From the NCBI GenBank assembly GCA_951406725.2, contig OX597815.1:116808001-116872000 (forward strand): a stretch of 64,000 nucleotides of DNA, in the 5' to 3' direction. A program made the position numbers and the translations under genes. The stretch's first letter is position 1. Each line of letters starts with the position of its first letter. Shown piece by piece: positions 1-12,880 of the stretch. The stretch is from Octopus vulgaris. Its lineage: Eukaryota. A model generated the notes under the pieces. That model made no database searches. It was given only the letters and a program-made list of their open reading frames with translations, and had not been told where the DNA came from.

Positions 1-277
1 AAATTTCTAATATCAGGACAAATTGTTTTGTAACTTAAAAACATGTAAATAATTTATATTATTATATTTAATAATAGTTAATATCTTATATGACTGCATT
101 AGTGCAAAATGCAAAAAATACTTTAAAATAATGCAGAACTTAAGCTATGTCCTCAGGTGAAAGAAAGTCAATATAAATTACTTACGTTTTTTAAGTCACA
201 AAGCAATTTGTTGTCATATTAGAAATTTCTTGTTAGATAAAATTTCATCAAACTATTTTTCTGTCATTTGTGACTTT

Positions 278-292
278 ATATATACATATATA

Positions 293-354
<62 letters not shown>
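278..354. repeat. (TA)n microsatellite, representative of dozens of (TA)n/(CA)n/(CAT)n tracts in the window
   Basis: Direct reading. Confidence 0.95.
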
Positions 355-356
<2 letters not shown>

Positions 357-766
357 TGCAGACATGACTGTGTAGTAAATAGCTTGCTTCCCAGCTGCCC
401 AACCACATGGCTCAGAGTTCAGTCCCACTGATGTCACATTGAGCAAGTGTCCTCTATTATAACATCGGGCTAACCAAAGCCTTGTGAGTGGATTTGGTAG
501 ACAGAAACTGAAAGTCTGTTGTATATATGTATATATACATCTATATGTGTGTCTTTGTGTCTATGTTTGTTTCCACCACTACTACTTGATAACCGGTGCT
601 GGTGTGTTTATGTCCCTGTAACTTAGTAGTTTGGTTTAAGAGACCAATAGAGTGAGTACCAGGCTTTAAAAATGTAAATGCTGGGGTTGATACATTTAGC
701 TAAAATTTCAAGATGGTGATCCAGCATGGCTGCAGTCCAATGACTGAAACAAATAAAAAGTAAAAG
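355..766 (+). mobile_element. tRNA-derived SINE, family A (internal microsatellite; tail cagtc..gactgaaacaa)
   Basis: Homologous end to end to 28146-28570 and 40177-40555. Confidence 0.85.
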
Positions 767-970
767 ATCATCATCATCATCATCATCATCATCGTTTAAC
801 GTTCTCCTTCCAATCTGGCATGGGTTGGACATTTTGACAGGAACTGGCCTGACAGGAGCCTGTGCCATGCTTTGGAGTGTGTTTGGTCATGGTTTTTACA
901 ATTGGATGTCCTTCCTAACACAAACCACTCAGTAGAGTGAGCTACACACACATGCACACACGCACATGTG

Positions 971-1009
<39 letters not shown>

Positions 1010-1578
1010 ATGTATGTATGTATGTATGATGAAGACGATACATTTAATGCCCACTTTCCATATTGTCCTTGACTGGAATTGTGAGCTGCAAGGCAGTGTT
1101 AAGTTCCAGTGCCAACTTTGACATGGTTTCTATGGCTGGATACCCTCCCTAATGCCAATCATGTTACAGAGTATACTGGGAGGTGGGATGCTGGCAATGG
1201 TGAGGTTGCTAAGTAACTTGCACGACACAAAAAGTATAGTGAGAGGAAAAGAAAAAAATTCTCAATAGTAAGTGAGAAATATTCGAGAAAGGAAGGTGGC
1301 TTTATGCCAGATGTTGCAAGGCTAGGATAAGATAGATAGACAAGCACAGGTGTCCTGCTATTGAGGGGACATGTGACTACAGGGGTTACAAGTGAATTGA
1401 GTGAATGATGAACAAGGGCAGAACTGTGGTTGGAGGGAAATACCAGTATGAAGAGAAGTAAGATGAGAGATATAGGAATAGCTCGGGAAGAAGAATAGAT
1501 CATAAAGTAGCAGAATGATGTGTAAGGTAGGATCAGTAGAGAGGGAGATACAGAGGTACATGAGGGCTATAATGGTGT

Positions 1579-1622
<44 letters not shown>

Positions 1623-3022
1623 CACGTGATCAATCCAACTATCAGATGTTGTTATACATTGCCAGTCACAATGTGCTTTGCATCATTTTATCTTCTGAAT
1701 GATGCCACCCTGCTGGCCTGGTGAGCCGGCCAACATTGCCTCTGATCAGAAGCTTAGTCCATTGCATGGTTATTCATTTATAGATGAGTAGACTGGAACA
1801 ATGTGAAACGAAGTCTTTTGCTCAAAAATACAATGTACAGCCAGTCTGAGAATTAAAACAATAGCCTCATAATCAGGTGTACAACACCAGTAAGAATTAA
1901 GACAATGGCTTCATGTTCATGTGTGCAACACCCCTAACTACTTGGGCAACTATTACTTTCAAATAACCCCTCAAATATGGAAAATATTTTGGACCCTCAA
2001 TGAATTATAAGACTTGTCCATGTCGTTAAACTAAAATGTTCAAAAACAAATGTTATCACTACCCAGATGTCTCCCACATTGTTCAGAGCATGCGAACATG
2101 CTGGAGAATTGAAGCTGTGAAAATATTTTATTTATTATATTGCAAAAGGCAGTAATATTGTTGGGGCAGCAAGAGAGTTATTTCCCTTGTCACTTGTTTT
2201 TATGTAGCACATTTTACACACATACACATGCACACACGCATGCACACACACACACACACGCACATGCACACATGCACATACATAGTAATAGTGTGGTAGA
2301 AGACAGAAAGTGAGAAAGTACAAGACAGAAAAAGTACAAGAGAGAGAAAGGAAGAAACAGGAGAGATGAGACAGATAGAGAGAAAGAAGAGGTGAAAATT
2401 TGGAAAGAAATGAAAGTATGTAAGGAAAAGAAAAATTACTTAATATAAAAAATGTGAACCTAAAAAATTCTATGTTGGATCAAAAGTTAGTTGCTTACAA
2501 AATTTACTGGGGAAAACTAAATCTTATTCTGGTAGAAAAGTGTTTGAGACAGGTGTGTCCAGTGTCTAAATATGAATTTTCTCTTGTGTACACATCCAAT
2601 GATTCGTGCTTGCTTCATTTCTCTGTAGGTTTTGCAAATCATCAATATTCAAATCTCATTTCTTGCTACTATACAGCATCACACTTTCTACACAAGCATT
2701 AAACAGTTTGTCTGCACATACATGTACACACACATATGCAAACTCTCTCTCTCACACACACACACACACACATATCACAAACATATACATCATCATCATC
2801 ATCATCATTATCATCATCATTTCATTCTGCTTTCCATCCTATCTTGGATTGTATGGGTTGTCATGCTCCAAGTCAGTTCATATTTGGTGTTTAAACATAT
2901 ACATGCATATATAAGAATGCAAACGTGTATATATATATATATATGCTCGTACACACACATATGCACACACACACACACTCACATACACACATATGCATAT
3001 ATGACAGGCTCCTCGCAGTTTC

Positions 3023-3257
3023 TTATTTCTTTATTGCCCATAAGGGGCTAAACATAAAGGGGACAAACAAGGACAGACAAAGGGATTAAGTCAATTACGT
3101 CGACTCCAGTGTATAACTGGTACTTAATTTATCGAACCTGAAAGGATGAAAGGTAAAGTCGACCTCGGCAGAATTTGAACTCAGAACATAATGGCAGACG
3201 AAATTCTACTAAGCATTTCGCCCAGTGTGCTAACGTTTCTGGCAACTCACCGCCTAT
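3023..3257 (-). mobile_element. SINE family B inserted into a family A fragment
   Basis: ggcggtgagttgccagaaacgttagcac...gagttcaaattc...ctttcatcctttc.ggtcgataaattaagtaccag; TSD cagtttc at 3016-3022 and 3258-3264. Other copies lie at ~24600-24725(+), 38590-38800(-) and 59195-59400(+). Confidence 0.85.
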
Positions 3258-3807
3258 CAGTTTCTGTCCAACAAATCCATTTCAAAAGTATTGGTCAGCC
3301 TGGGACTGTAGTAAAAGACACTTTCCAAGGTGCCATGCAGAAAGACTGAACAACAACTCACTTATTTCAAAGACGTTAATATTTTCCCATATCTAGACAT
3401 GCTTTTCACAGCAGACGGGAAACAAACAATCTTGTTTGTATAGAGATGGTGCTCATTTAGAACCATGATATGATGTCAAGTGACAGGTACACACAAAAAT
3501 ACACACACACATATGTGCACACGTGTGTGTATGTGTGTGTGTGTGCTTTTTTTCTGTTTCCATCTACCAAATCCACTCTCAAGGTTTTGGATACCCTGGT
3601 GTAATAGTACTAGATACTTGCCCAGAGTGCCACACATTGGGACAGGACCCAAAACAACATGCTTGGGAAGCAGGCTTCATGACCACAAAGCCATACCTAC
3701 ACCTATAACATAAACATTTTTCATTTTTATCTTTTTTCATTCAATTGCAGCTACATTTTTGCCAATTGCTATAAATATAACTAAATGTTTTCTTACATTT
3801 TTATATA

Positions 3808-3998
3808 CTCTTTTACTCTTTCACTAGCGGCCATACTGGAGCACTGCCTTTATAGTCGAGCAAATTGACCCTAGAGCTTATTCTTTGTAACCCTAGTACT
3901 TAGTCTATCAGTCTCTTTTGCCGAGCTGCTAAGTTACGGGGACGTAAGCACACCAGCATTGGTTGTCAAGCAATGTTGGGGTGGGGGGACAAACACAA

Positions 3999-4058
<60 letters not shown>

Positions 4059-4200
4059 TATGAAAAAAGATTCTTCCAGTTTCCATCTACCAAATCTACT
4101 CACAGTAGAAGACACTTGCCCAAGGTGCCACGCAGCAGGACTGAACCCGGAACCATGTGGTTGGTAAGCAAGCTACTTACCACACAGCCACTCCTGTGCC
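3808..4200 (-). mobile_element. SINE family A
   Basis: Reverse complement of the family A consensus, with internal deletions. Confidence 0.85.
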
Positions 4201-4205
4201 TAAAT

Positions 4206-4241
<36 letters not shown>

Positions 4242-4412
4242 CTTAGTATTTTTATAGAAAATATTATCTTCATTTTCTTTATTCCTCAAACTAAAAAAAT
4301 TCCTTATTATGTTAAAGGTAAAGGAGAGGAACAACAAGAGGATCATCGTGATATTTTAACATCAGTGGAAAGAATAAAAATATCAAAAAAATGAGAGGCT
4401 TATTAAAATTTA

Positions 4413-4650
4413 TGGAGGCACATGGCCTAGTGGTTAGGGTGTTGGACTCATGATCATAAGATTGTCGTTTTGATACCTGGACCGGGCGACATGTTTTGTT
4501 CCTGAGCAAAACACTTCATTTCACGTTGCTCCAGTCTACTCAGCTGGCAAAAATGAGTAATCCTGCAACAGATCGGCATCCTGTCCAGGTGAGGAATGTA
4601 TTTGCCAAGGAAACTGGCCCTTATGAGTCTGGTATGGCTTAAGAAGGAAA
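4413..4650 (+). mobile_element. tRNA-derived SINE related to family C (different tail)
   Basis: ggaggcacatggcctagtggttagggtgttggactc...ctgagcaaaacacttcatttcacgttgctccagtc. Related copies lie at ~1630-1890(-), 10235-10470(-), 22130-22315(-) and 54860-55015(-). Confidence 0.8.
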
Positions 4651-4734
4651 CATTTCTTTTTTTTCTTTTTATATTATTGAAATTTACTACTTAATTTGTA
4701 ACTAATACAGCTTCCCCTTTTTTCTATTTTATAG

Positions 4735-5019
4735 TACCACCATATATATCTGAAGGAAGATTAATCCCGAATCCTACTGCAACAGTAAATACAAGTATAA
4801 TCATCCATTGTCCAGCTTCTGGTATCCCAGAGCCCACAATAAAATGGTTGCGAAATAATCAGCCCTTTGTGCCAGATTACTACCCCAACATACTTATTCA
4901 GGATAATGGCAAAAACTTCATAATTGAACCAGTAAAACTCACAGATAAAGCCATATATACCTGTATAGCATCCAATATAGCTGGTAAAGCAAGAGCAAAT
5001 TTTGACTTTGCTGTATGGG
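4735..5019 (+). CDS. HMCN1: Hemicentin-like exon, complete Ig domain 1 (phase 1-1)
   Basis: tttatag|TACCACCA...GTATGGG|gtaaga; VPPYISEGRLIPNPTATVNTSIIIHCPASGIPEPTIKWLRNNQ...DKAIYTCIASNIAGKARANFDFAVW; 285 nt. Confidence 0.93.
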
Positions 5020-5399
5020 GTAAGAAATATGTTGTTTTTTTTGTTGTTTTATTTTTATTAGCTTATGAAAGTATTTAAAATCTATTCTTAAAAATCAGGC
5101 ATTTACGAAATCTTTATAAATTTTGAAATTTTTAAAACTTTAATTACTCTGTAAAATTTTTAATTTTCAAATGTAGAACAAAAGCTGATGAAAATTGTTT
5201 GGTCTGTAGTTATTACTTGCTGAAAACTTGTCTTTATTATATTAAAATAATATTTGGAACATGAGTTGATTCTAGGCATTTATGTATCGTACTTAATGTA
5301 TGATACATAGATGCCTTGTTGATAGGCTAGTTACGGCAGTATTTGTCCTGAGATAACATCTCTGATAGACATGCTGTGTTAATAAACATTATGAATATC

Positions 5400-5432
<33 letters not shown>

Positions 5433-5900
5433 AACAAATACAAATGAATTAGAAAATAGCAGTAAATAAAGACCAGTAAGGAAACAAATGTGAAAAAGAC
5501 TGAAAAATAAATATTTAATTAGTTACACCAACAAAATGTTATTTATGAAAAATGTTATTTTAAAAAACAAAAAGAAACTCCCTATTTATTGGCTGAACGA
5601 GCCATCAAGCAAAGCTTAAAATCTCAGCTGAAACAAATTTAATAATAAATTTGACTCTATTTTTGATACTGAGTTTCTCCATCAGTAATTGCTCCATTGT
5701 AATTCTTAAACTTGTTTTAAGATATTAACCTTAAACTAACATTCAAAACTTCAACAAATATTTTTCAATTTGAATTTATATATATTTTAGATAATTGATA
5801 CGTTTTTGAAGAATATTTTTTTTTTTTACAAAATTAGAACCAGTGGTAATTATGTAGTTGGATTATTTTTCAGATATTGACTTTTAGACAGAACCAGCCA

Positions 5901-6210
5901 AATTCAAATCAAATCAAATCAAATTTATTGGCAGGAGGAGAGCACAATGTGCTTAAGCCATGTAAAAAAAAACAAAAGAAAAAAAACCCAGTTATTGTTA
6001 TATACAGTTTTATACTTAGTCGCCACAGTTGTCCAGAGCCTCTTTGAACAGGGGAATGGCGGGTAGTTGAATGACATCTTGTGGTAGCTTGTTCCATGGG
6101 GCTACGATACAGGCGGAGAATGCAGCCTGCCATCTGTTGAGTCGAAAGTGTCGGGGATAGAGTTTGGGATCATGCCCACGAAGACCTCTATCCATTGATA
6201 ATAGCATATA
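5901..6210 (-). mobile_element. CR1-clade LINE 3' end
   Basis: The - strand encodes LRGHDPKLYPRHFRLNRWQAAFSACIVAPWNKLPQDVIQLPAIPLFKEALD (CR1 ORF2 C-terminus), followed by a short UTR and a (GATTT)n tail. Confidence 0.85.
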
Positions 6211-6545
6211 TTTGTTATTATCCAATTATTGGCTATTGTTACTTAGAATATTCTGAATCACCTTTCCCTAATGTTTTTCAATTTTCACATGGATGTAGTG
6301 AATAAAGCTTACATAACAGCAAATCCAAGAGTTTTATAGTCTACAAAATGTAGCCTTAAACATGTTTAACATATTCATGGATAATAAGTTAGCCTAAGAT
6401 GCATAAAGTGATGTGAAATAAAGTTAATCTTTTCTATATTTGGTTTTTTTTGCAGCCGGAGCAAATTTTCCTTTTTACTGTCTCCATTGTTATTTTTATT
6501 TTATTTTTCTTATTAAAAATTCTTGGTTTTTATTCTTTCCACTAG

Positions 6546-6833
6546 TTCCACCAAAAATCGATCGCACTGATATTCATACTAAGTTGAAAATAATAAAAGG
6601 TCATTCTGTAACTATCAGTTGTCCAGTGACAGGTATTCCAATGCCTGAAATCAAATGGCTAAAAGATCATGACGATTTTATTCCAGATCCACTTGATCTG
6701 CGTGTATTAATTCTTTCAAAAGGAATGCAAATAAAGATAAGCAATGCAAGTGAAACTGATAGTGCTTATTACTCTTGTATAGCAGAAAATCCATCTGGAT
6801 CAGACCTGGAGCATTTTGATCTGGATGTACTTG
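6546..6833 (+). CDS. HMCN1: Hemicentin-like exon, complete Ig domain 2 (phase 1-1)
   Basis: ccactag|TTCCACCA...GTACTTG|gtaaat; VPPKIDRTDIHTKLKIIKGHSVTISCPVTGIPMPEIKWLKD...DSAYYSCIAENPSGSDLEHFDLDVL; 288 nt. Confidence 0.93.
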
Positions 6834-6909
6834 GTAAATATACTTACAATACATAACAATCTAATAGAGTTTAACATTTTTCTTTTTTAAATGAAAATGG
6901 CAATATTTT

Positions 6910-7345
6910 GTTTTGTATTTGGTTTGCAAGATTCTTGATATGAACTCATATGCTGAAGCAAATTTTGTTGCATCTCAAGAACCAGTGCATGTATTTATAA
7001 TATATGCGCTGGTTCTATATTCATTTCTTTATTTTTATAAGTCAGTTGGTTAACCATTTAACTAATTGATTGTTTTGACTAATTATTTGGTCAATCAGTC
7101 AGCTAGATTTTTGTCAAAGTCCTTTCATAACCTCTGCAAGAGTAGAGAGGGTATGTCGTTGATGAGGTTGTAAATGGCAACAAAAGAACTTTGACAGACT
7201 TAGCTGATTGATTGATTGATTAACTGAATGGTTAAATAGTTAATGGCTAAATAGTTAACCAATTGACAAGTGAAAATAAAGAAGTGAAATGGAACCAGCG
7301 CATATGTTTATTTTTTCAAGACACAATAAAACAGCAGTTTCATAT
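6910..7345. mobile_element. Foldback/MITE-like element with ~120-bp imperfect internal inverted repeats (7002-7305)
   Basis: atatgcgctggttc...gttggttaacc...tgtcaaagt versus actttgaca...gttaaccaattgac...gaaccagcgcatat; the outer ends recur at ~28855-29010. Confidence 0.6.
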
Positions 7346-7782
7346 AAATATAGTATTGGTTACTTAACGTTCTTTCAAAAATAAAATTTATCAATAATAA
7401 AAAATACCAGAAGGGTTTTTTTTTTAATTTTAATTTGTAATTGAATCTACTGTCTCTTGAACTACTCTTTGGATGTTCTACCAACTCAGCTATTTTGTCA
7501 AACTTGAGGGTTTAGGAAACACTCTTTTCCAATGAAAATATAAACTAAAAAGGATAGCATCAAAATTTTTCTTCTTTGATTTTCCTTTATTTCTTCATTC
7601 AGATCTTCTAAATTCAGATGTAAATGTTAAAACCAGTGTAACCTTCTTATTATCAATCCTTAATGTATGCTACTAACATTACACATTGTATCACATTTGA
7701 ATTAAATGTTAAGCAATTGAGTGTATATAACTGTTTTTGCTCCTATGTCATTTTCTATAACAACTAACTTCTCTCTTTGTAG

Positions 7783-8064
7783 TTCCACCCAGTATTGATG
7801 AATCAAATATAGTTTACAATCCCAGAGTAGTTCTGAACAGAACTTTAATCTTAGAATGTCCAGTTTCTGGTGTTCCAAAACCATCAATTAAATGGATGTT
7901 TAATTCAATTCCATTCGAATACATTCCACATGGTGTTCAACTCAAACATGAAGCAAGGATGTTGATGATCACTCATACAAAGCCTACCCATGCTGGAAAG
8001 TATAGCTGTGTGGCCAAAAATGATGCAGGAGAACTTCAGAGAAACTTTAATCTGGAAGTGTTTG
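7783..8064 (+). CDS. HMCN1: Hemicentin-like exon, complete Ig domain 3 (phase 1-1); absent from ORF track
   Basis: ctttgtag|TTCCACCC...GTGTTTG|gtaagt; VPPSIDESNIVYNPRVVLNRTLILECPVSGVPKPSIKWMFN...HAGKYSCVAKNDAGELQRNFNLEVF; 282 nt. Confidence 0.93.
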
Positions 8065-8098
8065 GTAAGTAAAATTTAATTAGAAAAATTAACTTTAA

Positions 8099-8312
8099 TC
8101 CTTTAGCATTCAGATTATCTGTCAAATGTATTGCTTATTTATTCACATTAAAAAAAATTAATTATGTATTATTTTGTAGCTTAGAGATTTCAAAGCTGTG
8201 ATAGTTTATTTTTAGAATGATATTGTAGGGTAGGTGTAAGATGGTGGATCTGGTCAGTTTGAACATAAAACAAGTAGAATATTTGGGCCAGATATGGCCA
8301 GTTTAAATGCTA
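8099..8312. mobile_element. piggyBac-type MITE, family 2 (34 nt into the intron after Ig exon 3)
   Basis: TTAA-tcctttagcattcagatt...aaacaagtagaatatttgggccagatatgg; reverse-complement homolog of 25261-25476. Confidence 0.65.
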
Positions 8313-8923
8313 TTTTATGCTTGTAATACTCTGTAGCCAATTGTTACTTTTGGTACTGACCCTCTACTAAGGCCTCCATCTGTCATTTTTGGTTGGCCAT
8401 GTCTTTGCAGCTTTTTTATGTAGAAGACTTATAGTTGCTCATGTACACTAGTTCTCACATTTCATGCTACCATACAGAACATGCCCGTCTCTGCCATCTA
8501 ACATCTGATCAGATGGACATATCCTACATGTCCAAAAAACTTTAAGACATGTGGAGCTGAGGCAACCTGTTAAGAATATATGTAACTCCTAACAACTGCA
8601 TTGAGTGCTAATTTTTTATGCTCATAATTACAAATATACATATATCATCATCATCATCATTATCATATTTTAAAGTTTGTTGTCTATGCTGGCATAGGTT
8701 GGATAGTTTGACCAGAGCTGGCATTGAGCTACAATTGTCTAAAGTTAATTATTTCTAATTAGATATTTAAGGCTTACTACATTAAATTTGCCAACACTAA
8801 CATAATTAAATGAGTAAGAATATGAAACATTTTTTTAAATGCTAAAAATTTCCAAACTATGAAAATTGTTTGATAAATATTTCTTCCAGAAGTAATAATT
8901 ATTCACCCTGTCATCAATTTCAG

Positions 8924-9208
8924 TACCCCCAACTATACTTCAGGATGGCCTTACAAAAGAGTTTAAGACACTCCAAGATACAACTGTACAATTTGAATGT
9001 CCAGTACAAGGAACACCAACTCCTGAAATCATGTGGTCAAAAAATCGTACACCAATTTTAGATTCTCCCTATAAGAACTTACAAGTTTCAAACAATGGTC
9101 GCAGATTAAAAATTAGCAATATCAAAATTGACGATGCTTCAACTTATACTTGTACAGCCACAAATATAGCTGGTCAAGCAAGAGAGGAGTATATTCTTAA
9201 AGTACATG
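8924..9208 (+). CDS. HMCN1: Hemicentin-like exon, complete Ig domain 4 (phase 1-1)
   Basis: aatttcag|TACCCCCA...GTACATG|gtaaga; VPPTILQDGLTKEFKTLQDTTVQFECPVQGTPTPEIMWSKN...DDASTYTCTATNIAGQAREEYILKVH; 285 nt. Confidence 0.93.
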
Positions 9209-9454
9209 GTAAGATAATTTCTATTCTAACATGACTTATCTTTATAGAATATTTTCATACTTAAGTGTTTGTTTTTTTTTTTCTTCTTTTCATGAGTATA
9301 ACTATTTTAGTTATTTTATACCAGTAACACAAACACAGATGTTTTATTTAATCCTTCACTAACATCTATGTTCAATTATTTCTTTTAACAGACTTTTATT
9401 CATCAAACATTTAATCCTAGTCTGATGATCTGTCTCTTTTTCTCCCCTGTTATC

Positions 9455-9865
9455 ATTTATCTTTTACTTGTTTCAGTCATTAAACTGTGGCCATGCTGGG
9501 GCACTGCTTTGAAGGATTTCAGTTGAACATATTGATCCCAGTGTTTATTTTTTAAAGACTGATACTCATTTTATTGGGGTATTTTTGTTTGGTTTTTTTT
9601 TTTGGCTGAATTGCTAAGTTATGAGGATGTAAACAAATTAACCCCAGTTGTCAAGTGGTTGGGAAGAGACATATGCAGACTCAAAGACTAATTCACACAT
9701 ATATACAACAGGCTCCCCCACAATTTCCGATAACCAAATTCACTCACAAAGCACTAGTTGGCCCAGGGCTTTAGTTGAAGGCACTTGCCTGAGATGCTAC
9801 ATAGTGAGACTGAACCCGAACTCACGTAGTTGCCAAGTGAACTTCTTAATCACACAGTCATGTCT
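9455..9865 (-). mobile_element. SINE family A (diverged)
   Basis: cttttacttgtttcagtcat...actgaacccga...cacacagtcatg. Confidence 0.75.
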
Positions 9866-10799
9866 TTTGAATAGTTAATCAGAGATAAAATCGTTTGTTG
9901 TGTTGATGGTTTGTCAACCATGCCCTTCAATCCTAGTCCTAATTTTTTTTTTATTTTTGACTTTATACCTTTTACTATTTTTATATTTTGTTTGGTGCAA
10001 GTCCTCTAATATGGAAAATAGTTACCTTTTTACATTTTTATCTTCTTACCCTATTGTATTTTCTTCTGCTTTTTTTCTTTTTTTTTTTTTTTTGCTTTTT
10101 TTCCTTTACATAGCATTGCAAATCTGTAATTTATTTTTACACAGAGAACCACCTCAGGATTGCTGCAGCAAAAGCAATCTACTTAAGGGATTTATAACAC
10201 TGAAATAAAACTGACATGGATAGGATATAGAAAAAAGGATAAAGGATAAAGATCCTTGCTAAACCATATAGACTTATAGGCTGGTTTTCTAGTTTCCATG
10301 GCATACATATTCTCCATCTGGATAAGATGCCAATCTGTCACAGGATTACTCACTTTTGCTTTCTGAGTGGACTGGAGCAATGTGAAATGAAGCGTCTTGC
10401 TCAAGAACCCAATGCATCACCTGGTCCAGGAACTGAAACCACAATCTTACAATCATGAGTCCAACACCTTCATACCTTTCTGATTGTATACCATCTCAAC
10501 TCATCCATCTCTCCTCTTCTTACCACCAATATTATGTCCACTCTCAAGCCTCAGGCTTTAACCCTATTTCCAGTTCTTTTTCTTCAGAATGTTGTCTCTC
10601 TGGAAATCTCTCTTGACTCTTGTTTTCCCTGCAGCTACCAACTTGCAACTATTCAAGAAGAACATTAAGCATGGAACTTTACCAATCTTAGAGGTTAAGA
10701 ATAGCCAGAGGCAAAGCCCCTAACCCTAATTCAAACCAAAAGTAATACTAAAATATAATAAAATCCAAACCATACTGATTCTGCTGACACAGAAACCAA

Positions 10800-11330
10800 A
10801 ATACTCGATATTCTGAACTATCTGCACTTATTAGCATCCTCATTTATCCATGTTCCTAGCTGATGCAACATCCGTGAATGCTCTTGCTATCCTCTGGACA
10901 CAACCTTTTACCCTGCCATCATTGCATCTTCCTCTATCAAATGATATGAAGCAATCCACACTTCTTTACTCCATCGCACAACAACCACTAAACCCAGAAT
11001 TCTCCAACATGCTAAGTCTGTGTGCAAAGGTCTTAAGAACAAGCTACAACCACCAACTAACCAATACACTGCTTCACCTCTGTGTCTCTTCTGCTACAGA
11101 AAAAACTAGCAAGAATCATATCACTTCTGTATTAACAACTGCTCCTCGGAATTTCTTACCTTTAAACATTTCCCCAACAACCAATCATCAAAAGAAGTTT
11201 AACATCATATACATTAACTTCTCCAGTTTGAGAGTTCCTGCAAATGTCCCATACATTACCATTCTTCTTTCTAAATATAAAAAGCTATATGGGGGATATC
11301 ACTGCTACTTAACATTTGTTCGTGCACGTC
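10800..11330 (+). mobile_element. Highly degenerate LINE (CR1/L2-like) reverse transcriptase remnant
   Basis: FNIIYINFS...VPY...LLSKYKKLYGG resembles DIIYxDFSKAFDxVPHxxLLxKxxxYG; C/A-rich strand bias. Confidence 0.4.
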
Positions 11331-12327
11331 TTTGTTTATACTACTTTGATTTTTTCTATCATTATTAAGCAAAACTTGATGACATTAATTAATATCCAGT
11401 GTTTCAGTTCATTAATTCCATCTAGTAGTTAAAAGTTCAACTATACATCTAGCAAAATCACATTCATTCTTTCATTTCAGATGGTCAACATTTACTGTCC
11501 AGCTTTCACTGATATTTAGGAATAATCTCATGCCACATTAATCAGAAACAGTTTGAGCATAAAAGAAACTTCTTTATAATCAATCAGAACACAACTTTTG
11601 GTTTTCACTTGTTCGTTAAAGTCTATAGCCATGCTATTTTAATGATCTCTACCACCTACATCATTAAGTTACAGACAGTTTGGTTTTACTGTTCTTTGTA
11701 TCAATATTCATAAAATATGAGAAATACTGTTAGTGTGTCTGAGATGCTAAGTTGCTAACATGCTACTTCACCTAGTGTGCACCTACCTCCTGCACTATCC
11801 ACAAAATATTGAATGATCACCGACTATTTTACACACTGATCAATATCATTTGCCTGATGATTTTGATCTGTGGAGGTCCTGCTATCTAATGAGCCAAATC
11901 TATGCTAAGTCCCTTTGATTCAAATACTTTCTTTCAGGTTTTGAACCTTACCATTCATTGTGCTATGAAAATCTGGTCATCTTCATATAGAAGTTCCCAA
12001 GAGGACATATCCTCCTTTTAGAGCTACTGCAATGAAAAACTGAAGGCTGAGAATAGACTGGTAAACACTTTCCTGGACTTCTAATTCCTCACTATATGCA
12101 CTCTGTATCTAGTATTCTCATAGAAACCTCCTCATAGCCTATCAATTTGTGGCTTGAGAAACTGCCTTTTTTTAGATAGACAAATTTAAAAGAAATGGTA
12201 TGTATGAGGAAAATTTGAAAGATTTCTAGAATTATGGCAATTTATTTGGGTCTTGCTAAATGAAGTAAAATCCATTTTAGCAGTTACAAATTAAATGAGA
12301 TCAACTTCTTTAAATAGAATAAATAAC

Positions 12328-12360
<33 letters not shown>

Positions 12361-12363
<3 letters not shown>

Positions 12364-12880
12364 GGTTATTCAAAATGAGAGAGTAGATTTGAAATTTATT
12401 TTTAAAACAAATGGTAAGAGACACAAACACATTATACATATTTCTTGATAGGGGAAGATTTAAAGTTTATTTTAAGGTAGTATGCACTCAACATGAGTAC
12501 CATGAACACTGGTGCTTTTTCCTTTATAAATGCAACCTTTTTCTGTGAAATTTTTATGCCATTCGTAAATCTGCTTCTGACGAGGTGGATTTTTATTGAA
12601 TTGGCAGCAAAATCTACGTTGCACTTGCACAATTGATTTGCATTTCTCAAACTGCATCACACAAAAAGACTTTTCTTGTGGCGTCTCCATTTTCTAAGGG
12701 ATTACACAAATGAAAATTATACAACTTTAAATAAAATGAACAAATGAAACATTAAAAAAAAATTAAAATATTATTTTATTTAAGGCTTAATTCAATTGAT
12801 CATATTCAGCTATAAACTTTAAACCATCCCATATCAAGAAATATGTAGAATGTGTTTATATCTCATACCATTTCTTTATC
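12361..12880 (-). mobile_element. Internally deleted Tc1/mariner-superfamily element (DUF4817-type HTH transposase remnant)
   Basis: Starts cagggt after (TA)n. There are imperfect inverted repeats at ~12405-12469 and ~12812-12878. ORF 12690-12472 encodes METPQEKSFCVMQFEKCKSIVQVQRRF...PP...IYEWHKNFTEKGCIYKGKS joined to a C-terminal-like HGTHVE. Confidence 0.8.
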
